Source: Meiothermus sp. (GTDB taxonomy: Bacteria > Deinococcota > Deinococci > Deinococcales > Thermaceae). Taken from it: a stretch of 64,000 nt of DNA. The translations under genes were made by a program, and so were the position numbers. Under the pieces are notes generated by a model. That model was given only the letters and a program-made list of their open reading frames with translations, searched no databases and had not been told where the DNA came from. The stretch is taken from assembly GCA_033762915.1 (NCBI GenBank), contig JANRLD010000029.1, positions 1-64,000 on the forward strand, in the 5' to 3' direction. The stretch's first letter is position 1. Each line of letters begins with the position of its first letter. Shown here one piece after another: positions 39,233-48,596 of this stretch.

Positions 39233-39692
39233 CCGGACATTCTAAACGATTTTGCTGTGAACAGAATCCCGGGCAAGACTGCTCGACTCGAGCATGTTTG
39301 GGTCAGGTTCCCGTTTGAAAAGCTAGGTCGCGCGCGCCAAGTGTCTCAGAATTTGTACTGCGAGATGCCCTGAAACGCTGGTTGGCAACTGCGCCAGGAA
39401 CGCGACTGTTTCCTTCACCGATCTCACAGATTCATCCTGGCGCAACATCGGTGCACAATCGGCCTTCACTAGGCCCCCGACAGGGAGCCCACCTCCAAAG
39501 GGTTCTGCGGCCTGCGGTTGGGCAGCACAGATGCGGAGGTTTATCAAGTGCCCGAGTTACCCACGCAGAACCGGTCGTGAGAGCGGTTCCCACTCATACC
39601 CCTTACAGCGGTTTTTACTGTGGGGAGTCCATTACCTGCCGCCGCGAGGGAGGTTAAGGAGGGAAACACAATGAGGGCCTATATGGGGCCAC

Positions 39693-40865
39693 TTACCGCC
39701 CCAGCACCCGCTCCACTACCCCGCGCACCACCAGGCCGGTCTGGGCCATCAGGGCGGTGTCGTAGGCGGTGTCACCGGGCTGGTGGTAGTTGGGGTCGAG
39801 GCCCCAGTGGAAGAACAACACCGGCACGCCCGCTGAGGCGAAGGGGGCGTGGTCGGAGGAGCCGTTGGAGGCCCCCATGCTAAAGACGCTGGGCTCGACG
39901 ACCCTGGCGACCTCGAACAGCGAGGGGGACCCGCCCACCCCGAGGGTCTGGCTGACCTTGACTCCCACCATGTCGATGTTGAGCATGGCCTTGAGACCCC
40001 GCACGAGCTGCGGATTGGCCTCCACGAAGCGGCGGCTGCCCCACAGGCCGTCCTCCTCGCCGTCGAAGAGGATGAACCAGGTGCGCTGGGCCAGCGGGCT
40101 ATCGGCAAGCTGGCGGGCGAGCTCAAGGGTGGTCACGGTACCCGAGGCGTTGTCGTTGGCCCCCGGCGCTCCTGGCACGCTATCGTAGTGCCCGCCGACG
40201 ATCACCTCGGGGGCCGCCGTGCCGCGCTTGGCAATCACATTGCGGCCCTGCACCTGTTCATCCACGATTCGCACCTCGAGGCTAACCCGCGCCCCGGACT
40301 GCTGGAAAAGGGGGTCGCCCCGCTCCTGCGAGACCAGTACTGCGGGCACCGCCCCGGCGCCGCCGAGGGTGCCGCGCACCAGGCCGGGGGCATTGTTGAC
40401 CACGATCACCCCAACCGCGCCACGCTCGGCAGCCTGGCGCACCTTCTCGCCGAAAGGAATCACCCCGCGCCGCACCGCTACCACCTTGCCGCGCACCTCG
40501 AGGCCCGCATAGTCTTCGGCGGCACCCACACCCGGAACAGCCACCAGCTCACCTTCCGCCTTGCGGCTGGCGCTTCCGGTAAGGGCGTTGGCCTCGAGGG
40601 CAGCGCCGCCGACACTGAGCAGGCTGCCCAGGTCTCGAGTGCGGCTGTAGGTGAACGGCTGGAAATCGACCGTGTAGCCCGCCCTTCGCAGCTCCGAGGC
40701 CAGGTAGTCCCCTGCCGCAACCGCCGAGGGCGTCCCGGCCACTCGAGGCCCCTGGGAGAGCAGGGCCGTCACATCAGCGCTCATCCGCTCGGTGGAAAAA
40801 GCCACTGACGCGCCTAAAACGACCACTGAAAGGGCCACGACAGCCCTGGGAATCCAACGAATCAT
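39693..40865 (-). CDS. M28 aminopeptidase with PA domain
   Basis: GHYDSV, GANDNASG, EEDGL, SDHAPF, YHQPGD. Confidence 0.92.
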   Translation of the reverse strand: MIRWIPRAVVALSVVVLGASVAFSTERMSADVTALLSQGPRVAGTPSAVAAGDYLASELRRAGYTVDFQPFTYSRTRDLGSLLSVGGAALEANALTGSASRKAEGELVAVPGVGAAEDYAGLEVRGKVVAVRRGVIPFGEKVRQAAERGAVGVIVVNNAPGLVRGTLGGAGAVPAVLVSQERGDPLFQQSGARVSLEVRIVDEQVQGRNVIAKRGTAAPEVIVGGHYDSVPGAPGANDNASGTVTTLELARQLADSPLAQRTWFILFDGEEDGLWGSRRFVEANPQLVRGLKAMLNIDMVGVKVSQTLGVGGSPSLFEVARVVEPSVFSMGASNGSSDHAPFASAGVPVLFFHWGLDPNYHQPGDTAYDTALMAQTGLVVRGVVERVLGR

Positions 40866-41099
40866 GGGGCCTATTGTGGTGCTCCGAGGTTAGCGTGGGG
40901 TTAGGCCAGTATTCCGGGTCCGACCTGAGTACGGCCTCCCGACGGTAGTTGCCGAAGTAAGGATGCGAGTGGCCACCCCATCAAAGGCCTATACACCAAG
41001 GCCTTCGCCCCGGACGGATCAGTATCGGCGCATCCGAAGCTTACCGCCTTGCGGCGCCCCAACTGGGCGGAAGGGGCAACACTCCTGGCTTGCCCCCAC

Positions 41100-42143
41100 C
41101 TACAAGAAGCGGGCCTTGGGGTAATCGGCCAACACGCCCGCCTTGAACGTCTCGTACCTGGACTCCTCTACCAGCGCCACCGTAGAGCCGCCGAACCCCG
41201 CACCGGTCAGGCGGGCACCGACCGCACCGTGCCGCTGCTCGGCAGCCACTAGGGCATCGAGTTCGGGGATCGAGACTTCGTAGTCGTCGCGCAGCGAGGC
41301 GTGCGAGGCGTTCATCAGCTCGCCGAAACGCCCGATATTGCCCGCCTCGAGCGCCTCGACGCCCTCGAGCACTCGAGCGTTCTCTGTCACCACGTGCCTG
41401 GCGCGCTGGCGCATGGGCTCGGGCAAGGCCTCCACCCGGGGCAGGTCAGCCAGCGAGAGCTCGCGCAGCGACCGGATGCCCAGCAGCTCACAGGCCTTCT
41501 CGCATTGGGCACGGCGCTCGTTGTAGCCCGCCTCAGCAAGTCGGCGCGGCACCTGGGAATCGACCACCGCCACTCGGTAGCCTTTGGGCAGCGGGGCCAG
41601 TTTGTACTCGAGGCTCTGGGTGTCCAGGAACAGCGCGTAGCCCAACCGTCCCAGCGAGCTGGCCATCTGATCCATCACACCCACCCGTACCCCCACGTAC
41701 TCGATCTCGCCCTGCTGGGCCAGTAGCGCGAGCTGTTTGTCGTCTATGGGCAGCATATAGAGTTCGCGCAGCGCCCGCAGGGTGGCAACCTGCAGGGCAG
41801 CCGAGCTCGATAGCCCGCCGGTCATTGGCACGTCGCTGCGGATCGCAGCCCGCAGCCCCGCGACCGCGTGACCGTGCTTGCGCAAAATCCAGACGCAGCC
41901 GGCCACGTAGTCCAGCCAATCGCCCTTGTGTAGCTCGTCCAGCCCCCGGGTCTTGCGCTCGGAGAAGTTCTCGGCGTAGACCTCGAGGCCTTCCCCCCGG
42001 CTGGCCTCCACATAGGTTTGGTAGGTGAGCGGGGTGGGGAAAACGAAGCCGTCGTTGTAGTCGGTGTGCTCGCCAAGCAGGTTAACCCGACCGGGGGCCG
42101 AGACGCTGACCTCGGGCGCGGAGCCGAAGATGTCCTTAAACAT
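41100..42143 (-). CDS. galK: galactokinase
   Basis: APGRVNLLGEHTDYN, GLSSSAAL, GARLTGAGFGG. Confidence 0.96.
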   Translation of the reverse strand: MFKDIFGSAPEVSVSAPGRVNLLGEHTDYNDGFVFPTPLTYQTYVEASRGEGLEVYAENFSERKTRGLDELHKGDWLDYVAGCVWILRKHGHAVAGLRAAIRSDVPMTGGLSSSAALQVATLRALRELYMLPIDDKQLALLAQQGEIEYVGVRVGVMDQMASSLGRLGYALFLDTQSLEYKLAPLPKGYRVAVVDSQVPRRLAEAGYNERRAQCEKACELLGIRSLRELSLADLPRVEALPEPMRQRARHVVTENARVLEGVEALEAGNIGRFGELMNASHASLRDDYEVSIPELDALVAAEQRHGAVGARLTGAGFGGSTVALVEESRYETFKAGVLADYPKARFL

Positions 42144-42353
42144 AGCCCTGGTAGCATATCAGCGGCCGGCGGGCGGCGGGTAGCGTGCAGCCGGTTTTGA
42201 GCTGTGGGCCGGGGGCGGGAGTGGAGCGGGTAGCCGATGTGAAGACCTCGAGAGCGCAAATCTGTGGACTGGTGTTCAAGTACTCCCAGCCCACTGCAGG
42301 TCGGCACCGGGCTTCTAAACAGAGGAATCATCGGGGTAGATCTAGCGGTAGAT

Positions 42354-42447
42354 CGTAGGGCGGATCACCGGCCGGGCCGGCACCGAGCCGCGCTCGACCG
42401 ACAGTAACTGTACCGGCGGCCCGGTCCGGTGCATTGGCGGGTTATGT
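42354..42447 (-). other. attC recombination site
   Basis: R'' ACATAAC, 5-bp spacer, ATGCACCGGACCGGGCCG pairing with CGGCCCGGCCGGTGAT apart from two unpaired bases. Confidence 0.8.
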
Positions 42448-42464
42448 CGCACGCCGCACCGCCG

Positions 42465-43019
42465 TCAGTCGCAGTCTTGGTAGCCGCCCAGTTGACCGCA
42501 CTTGGAACACTTGAACAGATACGCGGTCGGGCTGCCGTCTTTGTCGAGAGCAGCGAAGAACTCGTCCCATTGCTCGCCATCTTCCAAGCCGGTGGACTCC
42601 TGAATCGCCGCGATGGCTTGCGGGCCCGCGGCTTGCATCTCGGCGCGACCGGCGCGGCCCAGGAACTGGGCCGCATCCCCGCAGTGCGTCCACCATTGCT
42701 CTTGTTGCCACGCGGAGAAACCGGGCGTGCGGTAGGCGATTTCCTCCACGACTTTCTCCGGCACGTCGTCCCACATCCCGCCGCCACCGACGCCTAACTC
42801 ATCGTGAAATGACGCGTCAAACTTCTCGTGCGCTGACCCGTCGGCGATGCACCAAGGACAGATCGACTCGTCGTACTCCTCGATCGCGTAGACGGGGCCT
42901 GCGTAGATGTAGCCCCGTGCCTTGCCGCAGCAGACGCAACCGGCGGACGACGGTTTGATCGAGCCGGTCTTCACCGGATCGGGGTGGTACTTGAACGTGG
43001 GGAGTGTTTCGTGCGACAT
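42465..43019 (-). CDS. CbrC (UPF0167) family protein
   Basis: LPTFKYHPDP, CVCC, ICPWCIADG, RTPGFSAWQQEQWWTHCGD, YLFKC. Confidence 0.9.
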   Translation of the reverse strand: MSHETLPTFKYHPDPVKTGSIKPSSAGCVCCGKARGYIYAGPVYAIEEYDESICPWCIADGSAHEKFDASFHDELGVGGGGMWDDVPEKVVEEIAYRTPGFSAWQQEQWWTHCGDAAQFLGRAGRAEMQAAGPQAIAAIQESTGLEDGEQWDEFFAALDKDGSPTAYLFKCSKCGQLGGYQDCD

Positions 43020-43122
43020 AACTAGCACTCAGCGGGCGGAAAACTCGACCTCATGTGTTAGGGCTGGTTTGGTCAGGATGGTTTCTACCAACCCTTAAAC
43101 TTGCCCAGAACCACCTTCGGCC

Positions 43123-43944
43123 TCAAGTGCCGCAAGCCCGAACCCAGAACTGCGGAAACCTCTGGCTCAGACGCCCGGCGGCCCCCTCGGCCAGGTCGGC
43201 AGACTTCGCGAGTCCGAACAGCGTCGAGCCAGAGCCGGACATCAGGACGCCGAACAGGCCCGCCCGCCGAAGCTCGAGCTTTAGCTCCTCCAGGCGCGGC
43301 TCGAGTCGGAAGACCGGAAGCTCGAGGGTGTTCCAGTAGGGCGGCTCCTGGCCCGTCCGGACCGCCTCGAGGATTCCGGCGACATCCAGCTCAGACTGCC
43401 ACTCCTCGACGCCCAGATTCTTGTAGGCGGAAGCGGCCGCGACCGCGATTCCCGGGTTTAACAGCACCAGGTGGGCTCGTAGGGGTGGTAGGGGGTATAG
43501 CTCTTCCCCTATCCCGCGGCCCTCGGCCAAACCTGGGCCCAGGAAGAACGGCACATCAGCGCCCAACTTTAGCGCGATATGGCCAAGGTCCAGATCGGCA
43601 GGATAGATCTCGCTCAGCGCCCGCAAAGCCGCCGCCGCGTCCGATGACCCGCCACCCAGGCCCGCCGCAAGAGGCAAGTTTTTGTGCAGTACCATCCGCA
43701 CGCCGGCCGTGATCCCGGCCGCAGCCAGGTAGGACTGTGCCGCCCGGTACACCAGATTGTCCGGCCCTGCCGAGAGCCCGGCCCCGACCACCTCGAGCTC
43801 AATGCCTCCCGAGGTGGGCTCGACCTCGAGCTCGTCCCCCACGTCCAGTGCGGCAAAAACGGTGTGAATGCGGTGGTAGCCGTCGGGCATCTTTCCCAGC
43901 ACCGACAGACCGAGGTTTATTTTTGCGGGGGCAAACAGTCTCAT
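43123..43944 (-). CDS. ispE: 4-diphosphocytidyl-2-C-methyl-D-erythritol kinase
   Basis: APAKINLGL, AAGLGGGSSDAA, GADVPFF, MSGSGST. Confidence 0.96.
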   Translation of the reverse strand: MRLFAPAKINLGLSVLGKMPDGYHRIHTVFAALDVGDELEVEPTSGGIELEVVGAGLSAGPDNLVYRAAQSYLAAAGITAGVRMVLHKNLPLAAGLGGGSSDAAAALRALSEIYPADLDLGHIALKLGADVPFFLGPGLAEGRGIGEELYPLPPLRAHLVLLNPGIAVAAASAYKNLGVEEWQSELDVAGILEAVRTGQEPPYWNTLELPVFRLEPRLEELKLELRRAGLFGVLMSGSGSTLFGLAKSADLAEGAAGRLSQRFPQFWVRACGT

Positions 43945-44005
43945 GGGCGACCTCGAGGGGCAGTTGGGTGGCCATGCACGGGGCGCTCGGGCGCTATAGG
44001 TGGCA

Positions 44006-44713
44006 CTAAACCGACTCCTTTTTCCGCTCTCCTCCTGCCTCCCGCCTTCCGCTTGCGGCCAGCTCTACCTCGAGTGCCCCGAAGTTCTCGTCCTGCCTCA
44101 GCTCCACGTCCCCCTGCTTCTTGGCTTCCAGCAGTGCAGTGAAGGCGATGGCCCGCTCGAACCAGCCGCTAAAAGGGAGCTGCCCAAAGACCGCCCTGCG
44201 AACGCCCCACAAAAAGCCCTTGATCCGCTCCCAGGCCTCGCGCAGCCCGAAATTGTCCGGCTCTAGGAGCAGCTCGGCCCGGCGGGCGAAGGGTTCTACG
44301 GCCCGTATCAGTAGCGCCACGGCCATCGGGCGCAGCCGCCTGTCCTTGGGCAGCGGGGAGGCGGGCACCGGCAGGATTCGCGCCCGCTCGTGCACCCGCT
44401 GGGTCAGGAAGTCTATGGCCTCTTGCAGCGCCACTAGGGTCTCGAGGAAGGCCGGACCCCCCTCTTCTTCCTCTTCGTCGGCCACGATCACCTGAGGCCG
44501 CTTGGAGAAGGCCCGCAGCTTAAAGAGCACCAGATCGGCCAGAATCGGTAGCAACTCGCTGCGCTCGGCCAGCCCCAGCGCGTGCACCTGCCCCAGGGCC
44601 TGCTCCACCAAGTCGCGCACCGGCAGCTCCTTGGGCGCAACCTTCCCCTTCTTCACCGCGTCGTAGAGGTCGCGGGGCGATCCGGTGAAAGTGTGAAAGG
44701 AGAGGGCAATCAT
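44006..44713 (-). CDS. scpA: segregation/condensation protein A
   Basis: FTGSP..L N-terminus, FTALLE...LRQDENFG C-terminus; follows trpS. Confidence 0.8.
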   Translation of the reverse strand: MIALSFHTFTGSPRDLYDAVKKGKVAPKELPVRDLVEQALGQVHALGLAERSELLPILADLVLFKLRAFSKRPQVIVADEEEEEGGPAFLETLVALQEAIDFLTQRVHERARILPVPASPLPKDRRLRPMAVALLIRAVEPFARRAELLLEPDNFGLREAWERIKGFLWGVRRAVFGQLPFSGWFERAIAFTALLEAKKQGDVELRQDENFGALEVELAASGRREAGGERKKESV

Positions 44714-44805
44714 GGCGGGAGGACGTGCGGGGAAGCGGGGAGCAGCTATGAAAACTGTTTACCGGTTGGTCGGGGGCGCGGAGGCTTGGTGCCGCCTGCT
44801 CCCCT

Positions 44806-45813
44806 TTAGCGTTCCCTCAACCTCGAGCGCAGCAGGCCAAACTTCTCCCGCACCTCTTCCATGGTCGCCACCGCAATGGCTCTGGCCTTGCGGGCCCCGT
44901 CCTCGAGGGCGTCATACACGCGCTCAGGCTCGGCGCGGAGGGCGTCGGCCCGGGCGCGGATGGGGCGGAGGGTCTTCATCATCTCCTGGAAGAGGAGTTG
45001 CTTGATCACCAAGGTGCCGACCCCACGCCGGGCGTACTCGGTCTTGAGGGCCTCGACCAGCTCGGGTGCGGCAAAGTACTGCAAGAACTTGAAGACCACG
45101 CTGCGCTCGGGGTCGCCGGGATCGGATAGGCGGATGCGGGCGGGGTCGTCGGGCATCAGGCGTATCTTCTGCCAGACGCTCTCCTCGTCCTCGAGCAGGC
45201 TAATGGTGTTGCCCACGCTCTTGGACATCTTGGCCCGCCCGTCGATGCCCGGCACCCGGGGGGCATCGGTGTTGAGGTAAATCTGCGGCTCGGGGAAGGT
45301 CTCGCCGTACTCGAGATTCCACCGCCGGGCAATCTCGCGGCACAGCTCGAGGTGCTGGGCCTGGTCATCGCCCACCGGCACGGTGTCGGCCTTGTAGATC
45401 AAGATGTCGGCGGCCTGGAGCACCGGGTACATCAGCAGCCCCGCAGGCACCGACTCCAGCTTGGCGGCCTTGTCCTTGAACTGGGTCATGCGGGTGAGGT
45501 CGCCGTAAGGGGTTTGGGTGGTAAAGATCCACCCCAGCTCGGTGTGCTCCGGAACATGCGACTGCACGAAGAGGATCACCCGGTCGGGGTCGAGGCCCGC
45601 CGCCATGTTCACCAGCGCGGCCTCGAAGGTGCGCCGAGCCAGCAGTTCCTTGTCGTAAGCCGAGGGGTTGGTCGGGGCGTGGTAGTCCACGATGCAGTAG
45701 ATGGCGTCCCGCCCCATCCGCTCCCCTAGCGCGATGTAGTTAACCATCGCCCCCAGATAGTTCCCAATGTGCAGATCGCCCGTCGGCTGAAACCCTGAAA
45801 AAACCCGCTTCAT
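44806..45813 (-). CDS. trpS: tryptophanyl-tRNA synthetase
   Basis: HIGN, YPVLQAADI, VPVGDDQ, KMSKS. Confidence 0.97.
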   Translation of the reverse strand: MKRVFSGFQPTGDLHIGNYLGAMVNYIALGERMGRDAIYCIVDYHAPTNPSAYDKELLARRTFEAALVNMAAGLDPDRVILFVQSHVPEHTELGWIFTTQTPYGDLTRMTQFKDKAAKLESVPAGLLMYPVLQAADILIYKADTVPVGDDQAQHLELCREIARRWNLEYGETFPEPQIYLNTDAPRVPGIDGRAKMSKSVGNTISLLEDEESVWQKIRLMPDDPARIRLSDPGDPERSVVFKFLQYFAAPELVEALKTEYARRGVGTLVIKQLLFQEMMKTLRPIRARADALRAEPERVYDALEDGARKARAIAVATMEEVREKFGLLRSRLRER

Positions 45814-46241
45814 CGGAACAGAGCATACAGACGCGGGAGGAAGGAGGGAAGAGGGCAGCAGAACTCTAGAAGACGGGCCGTTCCACAAAGGGGTCGGACT
45901 CGCCTTTTTGAAATGGGGCCTCTCGTTGCCCTGAGCGGTGGGCAACCTGGAGTCGCCGCCCGGCACCCGTCGAGTCTTTACGGAGTTCGGCCCACCCCAC
46001 CCTCCTCACCCGGCTTAAGGTTCTCGATGGGCAAATCCTGTCTGGGCTACTTTTCAGACCAGTTTTCAATCCTTACCGACTCAAAAAACTCCCGCCCGCA
46101 AAGGTCCTCGGCTGCTCTTTCCCTCCCTTAACCGACCTTGACCATACTGGCGGGCGTAGATGAGAGCGCAACTGTGCCGCGCGTCCTCATTTCAGCTAGC
46201 GTTTGTTCTACCCTAAAACCTAAGTTCTTTCGGAGGCTCGA

Positions 46242-47270
46242 ATGCGACGTTCGTGGTTCGTGATGGCTTTGTTGGTCTACCTCGGGGGCCTGGGGTTCAT
46301 GCAGGCCCAGCAGAATCAGGTGCCGCGCACCCTGACGCCGGAGAACCGGCAGGCCCTCCAGGAGGTCTTTACCCAGCACCGCACGTCGGCGGTGCGTATC
46401 GAGACCCTTCCCGAAGGGGTGGGCTCGGGCTTCTTCATCAACGACCGGGGACTGGTCATGACCGCCTACCACGTGGCCCGCGACGCCAACCGCCTGTTCG
46501 TGGTCACGACGGACGAGCGGCGCTTCCCCGCGACCGTGGTGGGCTACGACGAGCTGCGCGACCTGGCGCTGCTCCAGGCCCAGCTGCCCGCCGGGGTTCA
46601 GGTCTCGCCGCTGCAGCTCGAGACCCGCGCCGCCGTGCGGCCCGGAGACCTAGTGCTGAACATCGGCAACTCGAGAAACGGCTTCATTAGCCCCCGTCCC
46701 GGCCTGGTTACGGGGATCGACCGCAGCATCGCGCCCAACTTCCCAGCCGGGATGATCTCCTCAACCATGCCGCTGGCCCCCGGCGACTCCGGCGGCCCGA
46801 TCCTTAATGCTCAGGGCCGGGTTGTTGGGGTGGCGGTGGCGATCGGCTACAGCGAGGTGGGAGAGTTCAGCAGCTACGTGGCCCCGTTGGTGGGGCTGGG
46901 CGAGTTCGTGGCCCAGATGCAGGCCGGCTTCCGCCGCGACGCCCCCTACATCGGCATCTCGAGTCCCATCCCCGTCACCGCGGAGGTCGCTCGCCAGCTC
47001 AACGTCCCGGTGGGCGGCGTCATCATCCGCACGGTGATCGCTGGGGGTGCGGGCGACCGGGCCGGACTCCGTGGACTCAACTCGGTTGGCCCCAACGAGG
47101 TGCCCGATATCATCCTGAGCGTCGAGGGCGTGCAGGTCAACGACTTCAACCAGCTCGTGACCGAAGTCCGTAAGAAGTCGGTGGGCGACACCGTCACCTT
47201 GACCGTCCGGCGGGCCGGTCAGATTATCGAGGTGAGGCTGACGCTCGCACCGTTCCCGCGCAACACCTAA
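46242..47270 (+). CDS. HtrA/DegS-like S1C serine protease with PDZ domain
   Basis: GSGFF, TAYHV, DLALL, GDSGGP, C-terminal PDZ. Confidence 0.93.
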   Translation: MRRSWFVMALLVYLGGLGFMQAQQNQVPRTLTPENRQALQEVFTQHRTSAVRIETLPEGVGSGFFINDRGLVMTAYHVARDANRLFVVTTDERRFPATVVGYDELRDLALLQAQLPAGVQVSPLQLETRAAVRPGDLVLNIGNSRNGFISPRPGLVTGIDRSIAPNFPAGMISSTMPLAPGDSGGPILNAQGRVVGVAVAIGYSEVGEFSSYVAPLVGLGEFVAQMQAGFRRDAPYIGISSPIPVTAEVARQLNVPVGGVIIRTVIAGGAGDRAGLRGLNSVGPNEVPDIILSVEGVQVNDFNQLVTEVRKKSVGDTVTLTVRRAGQIIEVRLTLAPFPRNT

Positions 47271-47303
47271 CCCCCGCCTTCTGCAGAAGGGCCACAGCAA
47301 GGC

Positions 47304-47333
47304 GAGAGCCCTCCCGAGGTGGGAGGGCTCTCT
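47304..47333. terminator. hairpin between convergent protease gene and tRNA-Leu
   Basis: GAGAGCCCTCCC-n5-GGGAGGGCTCTC. Confidence 0.75.
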
Positions 47334-47335
47334 TG

Positions 47336-47422
47336 TGGTGCCGGAAACAGGACTTGAACCTGCACATCCTTGCGGACACTACACCCTGAATGTAGCGCGT
47401 CTACCAGTTCCGCCATTCCGGC
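47336..47422 (-). tRNA. tRNA-Leu (CAG)
   Basis: GCCGGAA...TTCCGGCACCA, CAG anticodon, long variable arm. Confidence 0.95.
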
Positions 47423-47447
47423 ACGCAGGCGATCAGACGCAAAGAAG

Positions 47448-47476
47448 ATAGTAGCGAGGGTTGGGCCAAACGTCAA
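47448..47476 (-). promoter_or_regulatory. tRNA-Leu promoter
   Basis: TTGACG-17 bp-TACTAT on - strand. Confidence 0.75.
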
Positions 47477-47819
47477 GAGTCGAGGGTCTGAAATCGGAGA
47501 CCGGTGCGCTGCCAGGGTAGGCCAATCAGGAGCAATACCCCCGCTCCGACGCGGAATACCTCCCTTCGTTCTTTGAGCCCTCTGCCTGTCCGGCGCACCG
47601 CTCCAAGCCTTCCGGCTGTGCGGCAGCGACACAGCAGCTCGAGACCTGCCGGCCCGGGAGGGGTACGTTCTATTCCACAGCAATTTATGCTCGAGGCCGC
47701 AACCTTCCGGCACCTCGCGCCAAACTTCGGAACGGTTCTGGGGCGGTCAGAACGCTCCCAGAAAGCTTTTGGGCGGCGGCGGCACAGCTCTTTAGTCGCG
47801 GCTCTTGACTCTCGCCGCC

Positions 47820-48188
47820 TTACTGTGCACTTTCCAGGTCTGGCCTTAGCCGCACCGCCTCGCGCAAGTAGACGTGGCGGACCTGGGACTGGGGCAGGTC
47901 GGTCTCCCACAGCATCATCACCCGGATGACCCGCTGCAACGAGCCAGGGACAGGGATCTCCCGGGAGTTAATGAGCGGCACCATCTGCATCCCCAGCATT
48001 CGGGCGGCCTCGGCGGGAAAGGCCGCGCTGAGGTCATCGGTGAGGGTGAAGAACATGGCCCCGATGGTGGAGAAGTCGGTGATCCGGTTGGCCTCGAGCA
48101 TCCTCCCCAGCAGTTCCTGGGTGGCCGAAAGGATGGACTCTCGGGTGTCCTCGTGGGTGGTTATGGCTCCGCGTACCCCTCTGGTCAT
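47820..48188 (-). CDS. aroH: chorismate mutase (AroH class)
   Basis: RGVRGAIT, FPAEAAR, HVYLREAVRLRPDL. Confidence 0.95.
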   Translation of the reverse strand: MTRGVRGAITTHEDTRESILSATQELLGRMLEANRITDFSTIGAMFFTLTDDLSAAFPAEAARMLGMQMVPLINSREIPVPGSLQRVIRVMMLWETDLPQSQVRHVYLREAVRLRPDLESAQ

Positions 48189-48312
48189 GACCCGCCGATT
48201 CTAACCTTGCTTGCCCAGCGCGGGAATACCTGATACACTACTGCGGTTGCCGGACCCCGGCATTGTGTGGCCCCAGCCACCCCGCACGGCAAAACCCGTG
48301 CCAGGAGACGCG

Positions 48313-48528
48313 ATGAAAGACAAGATTCACCCCAAGCTGGTTCCCTGCAAGATCATCTGCAACGGTCAGGTGGTCATGAACACCTTTTCCACCAAGCCCG
48401 AGATCCACGTCGAAGTCTGGAGCGGCAATCACCCCTTCTGGACCGGTCAGCAGCGCTTCGTGGATACTGAGGGCCGCGTCGAGAAGTTCTCCAAGAAGTT
48501 CGGCGACAGCTATAAGCGCAAGAAGTAA
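48313..48528 (+). CDS. rpmE: 50S ribosomal protein L31 (lacking the full Cys4 site)
   Basis: MKDKIHP...HPFWTGQQRFVDTEGRVEKF; AGGAG RBS. Confidence 0.96.
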   Translation: MKDKIHPKLVPCKIICNGQVVMNTFSTKPEIHVEVWSGNHPFWTGQQRFVDTEGRVEKFSKKFGDSYKRKK

Positions 48529-48596
48529 CCCGAGCAGAAATCACGGCGGGCGGTGCGTGCACCGCCCGCCGCAGTTTTATATATGATTGACGGCGT

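Larger units (their letters stand above)
42354..43021 (-). mobile_element. solitary integron gene cassette (cbrC-like gene + attC)
   Basis: Begins TTATGTCGCACG, gene, then CGTGCGACATAAC (R''), attC stem, ends CCCTACG; removal restores a 12-bp tandem repeat. Confidence 0.8.

Noticed and set aside
39300..39690. Small genes or RNA between polA and the M28 peptidase
   Set aside because: Short ORFs lack RBS, motifs and host codon bias.
40870..41095. Structured RNA
   Set aside because: Only short complementary segments, as expected in high-GC DNA.
45820..46130. T-box riboswitch upstream of trpS
   Set aside because: No T-box consensus or antiterminator found; trpS looks leaderless.
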